Shown in pieces: positions 1-11,470 of a DNA stretch of 64,000 bases. Origin of the DNA: Eledone cirrhosa (Eukaryota). Both the position numbers and the translations under genes were made by a program. Where the stretch lies: positions 322,896,001 through 322,960,000 of the forward strand of contig OZ024743.1 in the NCBI GenBank assembly GCA_964016885.1, given 5' to 3'. Positions within the stretch are counted from its first letter, which is position 1, and each line of letters begins with the position of its first letter. The notes below the pieces were generated by a model that was not told where the DNA came from, did no database searches, and worked only from the letters and a program-made list of their open reading frames with translations.

Positions 1-3000
1 CTTACTTCTCAGACCACAAATGACCTCAACTTATCATTACTGACTACCTGACCTCATTTAGTCAAGTTTGCTTCTCAGACCACAAAAGACCTCAATCTCA
101 TCATTACTGCCAACTACGCCTCCTTTAGTCAAGCTTGCTTCTCAGACCACAAATGACATCAATATCATCATTACTGCCTACATCACCTCCTTTGGTCAAT
201 CTTGCTTCTCAGACCACAAATGACCTCAATCTCATCATTACTGCCTACCTCACCTCATTTAGTCAAGCTTGCTTCTCAGACCACTAATGACCCCAATCTC
301 ATCATTACTGCCTACCTCACCTCCTTTGGTTAATCTTGCTTCTGAGACCACAAATGACCACAATCTCATCATTACTGTTTACCTCACATCCTTTAGTCAA
401 GCTTGCTTCTCAGACCACAAATGACCTCAACTTATCATTACAGCCTACCTCACCTCCTTTAGTCAACCTTGGTTCTCAGACCACAAATGACCACAATCTC
501 ATCATTACTGTCTACCTCACATCCTTTAGTCAAGTTTGCTTCTCAGACCACAAATGACCTCAATCTTATCAACACTGCCTACCTTATCTCCTTTAATCAA
601 GCTTGCTTCTCAGACCACAAATGACCTCAATCTCATCTTTAATGCCTACCTCACCTCCTTTAGTCAAGCTTTCTTCTCAGACCACAAATGACCTCAATCT
701 CATCTTTAATGCCAACCACGCCTCCTTTAGTCAAGCTTGCTTCTCAGACTACAAATGACCTCAATCTCATCATTACTGCCAACCACGCCTCCTTTAGTCA
801 AGCTTGCTTCTAGAACACAAATGATTTCAATCTTATCATTACTGCCTACCACACCTCCTTTGGTCAAGCTTGCTTCTCAGACCACAAATGACCTCAATCT
901 CATCATTACTGCCTACCTCACCTCCTTTAGTCAAGATTGCTTCTCAGACCACAAATGAACTCAATCTCATTATTACAGCCTACCTCACCTCCTTTAGACA
1001 AGCTTGCTTCTCAGACCACAAATGATCTCAAATTATCATCACAGCCTACCTCACCTCCTTTAGTCAAGCTTGCTTCTCAGACCACAATTGATCTCAATCT
1101 CATCATTACTGCCTAACTCACCTCCTTTGGTTAATCTTGCTTCTGAGACCACAAATGACCACAATCTCATCATTACTGTTTACCTCACATCCTTTAGTCA
1201 AGCTTGCTTCTCAGACCACAAGTGACCTCAACTTATCATTACTGCCTACCTCACCTCTTTAGTCAACTTGCTTCTCACACCACAAATGACATCAATCTCA
1301 TCATTACTGTCTATCTCACCTCCTTTAGTCAAGCTTGCTTCTCAGACCACAAATTACCTCAATCTCCTTATTACAGCCAACCTCACCTCCTTTACACAAG
1401 CATGCTTCTCAGACCACAAATGACCTCAAATTATCATTACTGCCTACTTCACCTCTTTAGTCAACTTGCTTCTCAGACCACAAACGAACTCAACTTATCA
1501 TTACTGCCTAACTCACCTCCTTTAGTCAAGCTTGCTTCTCAGACCGCAAATGCCCTCAACTTATCATTACTGCCTACCTCACCTCCTTTGGTCAAGCTTG
1601 CTTCTCAGACCATAAATGACCTCAATTTCATCATTACTGCCTACCTCACCTCCTTTGGTCAATCTTGCTTCTCAGAGCACAAATGACCTCAATCTCATCA
1701 TTACTGCCAACTACGCCTCCTTTAGTCAAGCTTGCTTCTAGAACACAAATGATTTCAATCTTATCATTACTGCCTACCACACCTCCTTTGGTCAAGCTTG
1801 CTTCTCAGACCACACATGACCTCAATCTCAGCATTACAGCCTACCACACCTCCTTTGGTCAAGCCTGCTTCTCTGACCACAAATGACTTCAACTTATCAT
1901 TACTGCCCACCTCACCTCCTTCAGTCAAGCTTACTTCTCAGACCACAAATGACCTCAACTTATCATTACTGACTACCTGACCTCATTTAGTCAAGTTTGC
2001 TTCTCAGACCACAAAAGACCTCAATCTCATCATTACTGCCAACTACGCCTCCTTTAGTCAAGCTTGCTTCTCAGACCACAAATGACATCAATATCATCAT
2101 TACTGCCTACATCACCTCCTTTGGTCAATCTTGCTTCTCAGACCACAAATGACCTCAATCTCATCATTACTGCCTACCTCACCTCATTTAGTCAAGCTTG
2201 CTTCTCAGACCACTAATGACCCCAATCTCATCATTACTGCCTACCTCACCTCCTTTGGTTAATCTTGCTTCTGAGACCACAAATGACCACAATCTCATCA
2301 TTACTGTTTACCTCACATCCTTTAGTCAAGCTTGCTTCTCAGACCACAAATGACCTCAACTTATCATTACAGCCTACCTCACCTCCTTTAGTCAACCTTG
2401 GTTCTCAGACCACAAATGACCACAATCTCATCATTACTGTCTACCTCACATCCTTTAGTCAAGTTTGCTTCTCAGACCACAAATGACCTCAATCTTATCA
2501 ACACTGCCTACCTTATCTCCTTTAATCAAGCTTGCTTCTCAGACCACAAATGACCTCAATCTCATCTTTAATGCCTACCTCACCTCCTTTAGTCAAGCTT
2601 TCTTCTCAGACCACAAATGACCTCAATCTCATCTTTAATGCCAACCACGCCTCCTTTAGTCAAGCTTGCTTCTCAGACTACAAATGACCTCAATCTCATC
2701 ATTACTGCCAACCACGCCTCCTTTAGTCAAGCTTGCTTCTAGAACACAAATGATTTCAATCTTATCATTACTGCCTACCACACCTCCTTTGGTCAAGCTT
2801 GCTTCTCAGACCACAAATGACCTCAATCTCATCATTACTGCCTACCTCACCTCCTTTAGTCAAGATTGCTTCTCAGACCACAAATGAACTCAATCTCATT
2901 ATTACAGCCTACCTCACCTCCTTTAGACAAGCTTGCTTCTCAGACCACAAATGATCTCAAATTATCATCACAGCCTACCTCACCTCCTTTAGTCAAGCTT

Positions 3001-3791
3001 GCTTCTCAGACCACAATTGATCTCAATCTCATCATTACTGCCTAACTCACCTCCTTTGGTTAATCTTGCTTCTGAGACCACAAATGACCACAATCTCATC
3101 ATTACTGTTTACCTCACATCCTTTAGTCAAGCTTGCTTCTCAGACCACAAGTGACCTCAACTTATCATTACTGCCTACCTCACCTCTTTAGTCAACTTGC
3201 TTCTCACACCACAAATGACATCAATCTCATCATTACTGTCTATCTCACCTCCTTTAGTCAAGCTTGCTTCTCAGACCACAAATTACCTCAATCTCCTTAT
3301 TACAGCCAACCTCACCTCCTTTACACAAGCATGCTTCTCAGACCACAAATGACCTCAAATTATCATTACTGCCTACTTCACCTCTTTAGTCAACTTGCTT
3401 CTCAGACCACAAACGAACTCAACTTATCATTACTGCCTAACTCACCTCCTTTAGTCAAGCTTGCTTCTCAGACCGCAAATGCCCTCAACTTATCATTACT
3501 GCCTACCTCACCTCCTTTGGTCAAGCTTGCTTCTCAGACCATAAATGACCTCAATTTCATCATTACTGCCTACCTCACCTCCTTTGGTCAATCTTGCTTC
3601 TCAGAGCACAAATGACCTCAATCTCATCATTACTGCCAACTACGCCTCCTTTAGTCAAGCTTGCTTCTAGAACACAAATGATTTCAATCTTATCATTACT
3701 GCCTACCACACCTCCTTTGGTCAAGCTTGCTTCTCAGACCACACATGACCTCAATCTCAGCATTACAGCCTACCACACCTCCTTTGGTCAA
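1..3791 (+). repeat. Higher-order tandem duplication, period 1,929 bp (~29 monomers)
   Basis: CTTACTTCTCAGACC...TGACTACCTGACC starts at both 1 and 1930. ORF pairs 336/2265, 737/2666 and 1204/3133 are identical at offset 1929. The copies diverge at ~1863 vs ~3792 (AAGCCTG vs AATCTTG). Confidence 0.95.
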
Positions 3792-6700
3792 TCTTGCTTC
3801 TCAGACCACAAATGACCTCAACTTATCATTACTGCCAACCACACCTCCTTTTGTCAAGCTTGCTTCTCAGACCACAAATGACCTCAACTCATCATTACTG
3901 CCTACCTAATCTCCTTTAGTCAAGCTTTCTACTCAGACCAGTAATGACCTCAATCTTATCATTAATGCTTACCCCACCTCCTTTGGTCAAGCCTGCTTCT
4001 CTGACCACAAATGACTTCAACTTATCATTACTGCCCACCTCATCTCCTTCAGTCAAGCTTACTTCTCAGACCACAAATGACCTCAACTCATCATTACTGA
4101 CTACCTGACCTTATTTAGTCAAGCTTGCTTCTCAGACCACAAACGAACTCAACTTATCATTACTGCCTAACTCACCTCCTTTAGTCAAGCTTGCTTCTCA
4201 GACCGCAAATGACCTCAACTTATCATTACTGCCTACCACACCTCCTTTGGTTAAGCTTGCTTCTCAGACCACAAATGACCTCAATCTCATCATTACTGTC
4301 TACCTCACCTCCTTTAGTCAAGCTTGCTTCTCAGACCACAAATGAACTCAATCTCATTATTACAGCCTACCTCACCTCCTTATGACAAGCTTGCTTCTCA
4401 GACCACAAATGATCTCAAATTATCATCATAGCCTTCCTCACCTCCTTTAGTCAAGCTTGCTTCTCAGACCACAATTGATCTCAATCTCATCATTACTGCC
4501 TACCTCACCTCCTTTGGTTAATCTTGCTTCTGAGACCACAAATGACCACAATCTCATCATTACTGTTTACCTCACATCCTTTAGTCAAGCTTGCTTCTCA
4601 GACCACAAGTGACCTCAACTTATCATTACTGCCTACCTCACCTCTTTAGTCAACTTGCTTCTCAGACCACAAATGACATCAATCTCATCATTACTGTCTA
4701 TCTCACCTCCTTTAGTCAAGCTTTCTTCTCAGACCACAAATTACCTCAATCTCATTATTACAGCCTACCTCACCTCATTTAGACAAGCTCGCTTCTCAGA
4801 CCACAAACAAACTCAACTTATCATTACAGCCTAACTCACCTCCTTTAGTCAAGCTTGCTTCTCAGACCGCAAATGACCTCAACTTATCATTACTGCCTAC
4901 CTCACCTCCTTTGGTCAATCTTGCTTCTCAGAGCACAAATGACCTCCATCTCATCATTACTGCCAACTACGCCTCCTTTAGTGAAGCTTGCTTCTAGAAC
5001 ACAAATGATTTCAATCTTATCATTACTGCCTACCACACCTCCTTTGGTCAAGCTTGCTTCTCAGAACACACATGACCTCAATCTCAGCATTACAGCCTAC
5101 CACACCTCCTTTGGTCAATCTTGCTTCTCAGACCACAAATGACCTCAACTTATCATTACTGCTAACCACACCTCCTTTAGTCAAGCTTGCTTCTCAGACC
5201 ACAAATGACCTCAACTTATCATTACTGCCTACCTAATCTCCTTTAGTCAAGCTTTCTACTCAGACCAGTAATGACCTCAATCTTATCATTAATGCCTACC
5301 CCACCTCCTTTGGTCAAGCCTGCTTCTCTGAGCACAAATGACTTCAACTTATCATTACTGCCCACCTCACCTCCTTCAGTCAAGCTTACTTCTCAGACCA
5401 CAAATGACCTCAACTTATCATTACTGACTACCTGACCTCATTTAGTCAAGCTTGCTTCTCAGACGACAAAAGACCTCAATCTCATCATTACTGCCAACTA
5501 CGCCTCCTTTAGTCAAGCTTGCTTCTCAGACCACAAATGACATCAATATCATCATTACTGCCTACCTCACCTCCTTTGGTCAATATTGGTTCTCAGACCA
5601 CAAATGACATCAAATTATCATCACAGCCTACCTCAGCTCCTTTAGTCAAGCTTGCTTCTCAGACCACAATTGATCTCAATCTCATCATTACTGCCTACCT
5701 CACCTCCTTTGGTTAATCTTGCTTCTGAGACCACAAATGACCACAATCTCATCATTACTGTTTACCTCACATCCTTTAGTCAAGCTTGCTTCTCAGACCA
5801 CAAATGACCTCAACTTATCATTACAGCCTACCTCACCTCCTTTAGTCAACCTTGGTTCTCAGACCACAAATGACCACAATCTCATCATTACTGTCTACCT
5901 CACATCCTTTAGTCAAGTTTGCTTCTCAGACCACAAATGACCTCAATCTCATCATTACTGCCAACCACGCCTCCTTTAGTCAAGCTTGCTTCTAGAACAC
6001 AAATGATTTCAATCTTATCATTACTGCCTACCACACCTCCTTTGGTCAAGCTTGCTTCTCAGACCACAAATGACCTCAACTTATCATTACAGCCTACCTC
6101 ACCTCCTTTAGTCAACCTTGGTTCTCAGACCACAAATGACCACAATCTCATCATTACTGTCTACCTCACATCCTTTAGTCAAGTTTGCTTCTCAGACCAC
6201 AAATGACCTCAATCTTATCAACACTGCCTACCTTATCTCCTTTAATCAAGCTTGCTTCTCAGACCACAAATGACCTCAATCTCATCTTTAATGCCTACCT
6301 CACCTCCTTTAGTCAAGCTTTCTTCTCAGACCACAAATGACCTCAATCTCATCATTACTGCCTACCTCACCTCCTTTAGTCAAGATTGCTTCTCAGACCA
6401 CAAATGAACTCAATCTCATTATTACAGCCTACCTCACCTCCTTTTGACAAGCTTGCTTCTCAGACCACAAATGATCTCAAATTATCATCACAGCCTACCT
6501 CACCTCTTTAGTCAACTTGCTTCTCAGACCACAAATGACATCAATCTCATCATTACTGCCTACCTCACCTCCTTTGGTCTAACTTGCTTCTAAGACCACA
6601 AATGACCTCAATCTCATGATTACTGCCTACCTCACCTCATTGGTCAAGCTTGCTTCTCAGACCACAAACGAACTCAACTTATCATTACTGCCTACCTCAC

Positions 6701-7499
6701 CTCCTTTGGTCAAGCTTGCTTCTCAGACCATAAATGACCTCAATTTCATCATTACTGCCTACCTCACCTCCTTTGGTCAATCTTGCTTCTCAGAGCACAA
6801 ATGACCTCAATCTCATCATTACTGCCAACTACGCCTCCTTTAGTCAAGCTTGCTTCTAGAACACAAATGATTTCAATCTTATCATTACTGCCTACCACAC
6901 CTCCTTTAGTCAAGCTTGCTTCTCAGACCACACATGACCTCAATCTCAGCATTACAGCCTACCACACCTCCTTTGGTCAATCTTGCTTCTCAGACCACAA
7001 ATGACATCAACTTATCATTACTGCCAACCACACCTCCTTTAGTCAAGCTTGCTTCTCAGACCACAAATGACCTCAACTTATCATTACTGCCTACCTAATC
7101 TCCTTTAGTCAAGCTTTCTACTCAGACCAGTAATGACCTCAATCTTATCATTAATGACTACCCCACCTCCTTTGGTCAAGCCTGCTTCTCTGACCACAAA
7201 TGACTTCAACTTATCATTACTGCCCACCTCATCTCCTTCAGTCAAGCTTACTTCTCAGACCACAAATGACCTCAACTCATCATTACTGACTACCTGACCT
7301 CATTTAGTCAAGCTTGCTTCTCAGACCACAAATGACCTCAATCTCATCATTACTGCCAACTAGGCCTCCTTTAGTCAAGCTTGCTTCTCAAACCACAAAT
7401 GACATCAATATCATCACTACTGCCTACCTCACCTCCTTTGGTCAATATTGCTTCTCAGACCACAAATGACCTCAATCTCATCATTACTGTCTACCTTAC

Positions 7500-7920
7500 A
7501 TCCTTTAGTCAAGCTTGCTTCTCAGACCACAAACGAACTCAACTTATCATTACTGCCTAACTCACCTCCATTAGTCAAGCTTGCTTCTCAGACCACAAAT
7601 GACCTCAATCTCATCATTACTCCCAACTACGTCTCCTTTAGTCAAGCTTGCTTCTCAGACCACAAATGACATCAATCTCATCATTACTGCCTACCTCACA
7701 TCCTTTAGTCAAGCTTGCTTCTCAGACCACAAACGAACTCAACTTATCATTACTGCCTAACTCACCTCCATTAGTCAAGCTTGCTTCTCAGACCACAAAT
7801 GACCTCAATCTCATCATTACTCCCAACTATGTCTCCTTTAGTCAAGCTTGCTTCTCAGACCACAAATGACATCAATCTCATCATTACTGCCTACCTCACA
7901 TCCTTTAGTCAAGCTTGCTT
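7500..7920 (+). repeat. Local 200 bp trimer duplication
   Basis: The rare variants AAACGAACTC, CCTCCATTAG and ACTCCCAACTA(C/T)GTCTCC repeat at 200 bp offset (ORFs 7448/7648). Boundaries are approximate. Confidence 0.85.
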
Positions 7921-10900
7921 CTCAGGCCACAAATGACCTCAATCTTATCATTACTGCCTACCTTATCTCCTTTAGTCATGCTTGCTTCTCAGACCACAAA
8001 TGACCTCAATCTCATCTTTAATGGCTACATCACCTCCTTTAGTCAAGCTTGCTTCTCAGACCACAAATGACCTCAATCTCATCATTACTGCCAACCACGC
8101 CTCCTTTAGTCAAGCTTGCTTCTCAGACCACAAATGAGATCAATCTCATCATTACTGCCAACCACGCTTCCTTTAGTCAAGCTTGCTTCTAGAACACAAA
8201 CGAACTCAACTTATCATTACTGCCTAACTCACCTCCTTTAGTCAAGCTTGCTTCTCAGACAACAAATGACCTCAATCTCATCATTACAGCCTACCACACC
8301 TCCATTGGTAAATCTTGCTTCTCAGACCACAAATGACCTCAATCTCATCATTACTGCCTACCTCACCTCCTTTAGTCAACTTGCTTCTCAGACCACAAAT
8401 GACATCAACCTCATCATTACTGCCTACCTCACCTCCTTTAGTCAAGCTTGATTCTCAGACCACAAATGACCTCAATCTCATTATTACAGCCTACCTCACC
8501 TCCTTTAGACAAGCTTGCTTCTCAGACCACAAATGACCACAATCTCATCATTACTGTCTACCTCACATCCTTTAGTCAAGCTTGCTTCTCAGACCACAAA
8601 TGACCTCATCTTATCATTACTGCCTACCTTATCTCATTTAGTCAAGGTTGCTTCTCAGACCACAAATGACCTCAATCTCATCTTTAATGCCTACCTCACC
8701 TCCTTTAGTCAAGCTTGCTTCTCAGACCACAAATGACCTCAATCTCATCATTACTGCCAACCACGCCTCCTTTAGTCAAGCTTGCTTCTATACCACAAAT
8801 GATTTCAATCTTATCATTACTGCCTACCACACCTTCTTTGGTCAAGCTTGCTTCTCAGACCACAAATGACCTCAATCTCATCTTTAATGCCTACCTCACC
8901 TCTTTAGTCAACTTGCTTCTCAGACCACAAATGGCATCAATCTCATCATTACTGCCTACTTCACCTCCTTCAGTCAAGCTTGCTTATCAGACCACAAATT
9001 ACCTCAATCTCATCATTACTATCTACCTCACCTCCTTTAGTCAAGCTTGCTTCTCAGACCACAAATGACCTCAACTTATCATTACTGCCTACCTAACCTC
9101 TTTAGTCAACTTGCTTCTCAGACCACAAATGACATCAATCTCATCATTACTGTCTACCTCACCTCCTTTAGTCAAGCTTGCTTCTGAGACCACAAATGAC
9201 CTCTATCTCATCTTTAATGCCTACCTCACCTCCTTTAATCAAGCTTGCTTCTCATACCAAAAATGACCTCAATCTAATCATTACTGCCAACCACGCCTCC
9301 TTTAGTCAAGCTTGCTTCTCAGACCACAAATGACCTCAATCTCATCATTACTGCCTACCTCACCTATTTTAGTCAAGCTTGCTTCTCAGACCACAAATGA
9401 CCTCAACTTATCATTACTGCCTACCTCACCTCCTTTAGTCAAGTTTGCTTCTCAGACCACAAATGATCTCAATCTCATAATTACTGCCTAACTCACCTCC
9501 TTTAGTGAAGCTTGCTTCACAGACCACAAATGACATCAATCTCATCATTACTGCCTACCTCACATCCTTTAGTCAAGCTTGCTTCTCAGACCACAAACGA
9601 ACTCAACTTATCATTACTGCCTAACTCACCTCCTTTAGTCAAGCTTGCTTCTCAGACCACAAATGACCTCAATCTCATCATTACTCCCAACTACGTCTCC
9701 TTTAGTCAAGCTTGCTTCTCAGACCACAAATGACATCAATCTCATCATTACTGCCTACCTCACATCCTTTAGTCAAGCTTGCTTCTCAGACCACAAACGA
9801 CCTCAACTTATCATTACTGTCTACCTTACATCCTTTAGTCAAGCTTGCTTCTCAGACCACAAATGACCACAATCTCATCATTACTGTCTACCTCACATCC
9901 TTTAGTCAAGCTTGCTTCTCAGGCCACAAATGACCTCAATCTTATCATTACTGCCTACCTTATCTCCTTTAGTCAAGCTTGCTTCTCAGACCACAAATGA
10001 CCTCAATCTCATCTTTAATGGCTACATCACCTCTTTAGTCAAGCTTGCTTCTCAGACCACAAATGACCTCAATCTCATCATTACTGCCAACCACGCCTCC
10101 TTTAGTCAAGCTTGCTTCTCAGACCACAAATGACCTCAATCTCATCATTACTGCCAACCACGCCTCCTTTAGTCAAGCTTGCTTCTAGAACACAAATGAT
10201 TTCCATCTTATCATTACTGCCTACCACACCTCCTTTGGTCAAGCTTGCTTCTCAGACAACAAATGACCTCAATCTCATCATTACAGCCTACCACACCTCT
10301 ATTGGTAAATCTTGCTTCTCAGACCACAAATGACCTCAATCTCATCATTACTGCCTACCTCACCTCCTTTAGTCAACTTGCTTCTCAGACCACAAATGAC
10401 ATCAACCTCATCATTACTGCCTACCTCACCTCCTTTAGTCAAGCTTGATTCTCAGACCACAAATGACCTCAATCTCATTATTACAGCCTACCTCACCTCC
10501 TTTAGACAAGCTTGCTTCTCAGACCACAAATGACCACAATCTCATCATTACTGTCTACCTCACATCCTTTAGTCAAGCTTGCTTCTCAGACCACAAATGA
10601 CCTCATCTTATCATTACTGCCTACCTTATCTCATTTAGTCAAGTTTGCTTCTCAGACCACAAATGACCTCAATCTCATCTTTAATGCCTACCTCACCTCC
10701 TTTAGTCAAGCTTGCTTCTCAGACCACAAATGACCTCAATCTCATCATTACTGCCAACCACGCCTCCTTTAGTCAAGCTTGCTTCTATACCACAAATGAT
10801 TTCAATCTTATCATTACTGCCTACCACCCCTTCTTTGGTCAAGCTTGCTTCTCAGACCACAAATGACCTCAATCTCATCTTTAATGCCTACCTCACCTCT

Positions 10901-11470
10901 TTAGTCAACTTGCTTCTCAGACCACAAATGGCATCAATCTCATCATTACTGCCTACTTCACCTCCTTCAGTCAAGCTTGCTTCTCAGAACACAAATTACC
11001 TCAATCTCATCATTACTATCTACCTCACCTCCTTTAGTCAAGCTTGCTTCTCAGACCACAAATGACCTCAAATTATCATTACTGTCTACCTCACCTCCTT
11101 TAGTCAAGCTTGCTTCTGAGACAACAAATGACCTCTATCTCATCTTTAATGCCTACCTCACCTCCTTTAGTCAAGCTTGCTTCTCATACCAAAAATGACC
11201 TCAATCTAATCATTACTGCCAACCACGCCTCCTTTAGTCAAGCTTGCTTCTCAGACCACAAATGACCTCAATCTCATCATTACTGCCTACCTCACCTATT
11301 TTAGTCAAGCTTGCTTCTCAGACCACAAATGACCTCAACTTATCATTACTGCCTACCTCACCTCCTTTAGTCAAGTTTGCTTCTCAGACCACAAATGACC
11401 TCAATCTCATAATTACTGCCTAACTCACCTCCTTTAGTGAAGCTTGCTTCACAGACCACAAATGACATCA
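7650..11470 (+). repeat. Older, slightly diverged ~2.0 kb higher-order duplication
   Basis: ORF pairs 8248/10245, 8315/10312, 8515/10512 and 8715/10712 sit at offset 1997 with a few substitutions. Shared rare variants are TTCTATACC, AAGCTTGATT and CTCATACCAAAA. The offset drops to ~1930 after ~9100 (monomer indel). Boundaries are approximate. Confidence 0.85.

Noticed and set aside
245-265. let-7 precursor gene on the minus strand
   Set aside because: Identity covers only the first 8-9 nt (TGAGGTAG), and no precursor hairpin is evident in the monomer.
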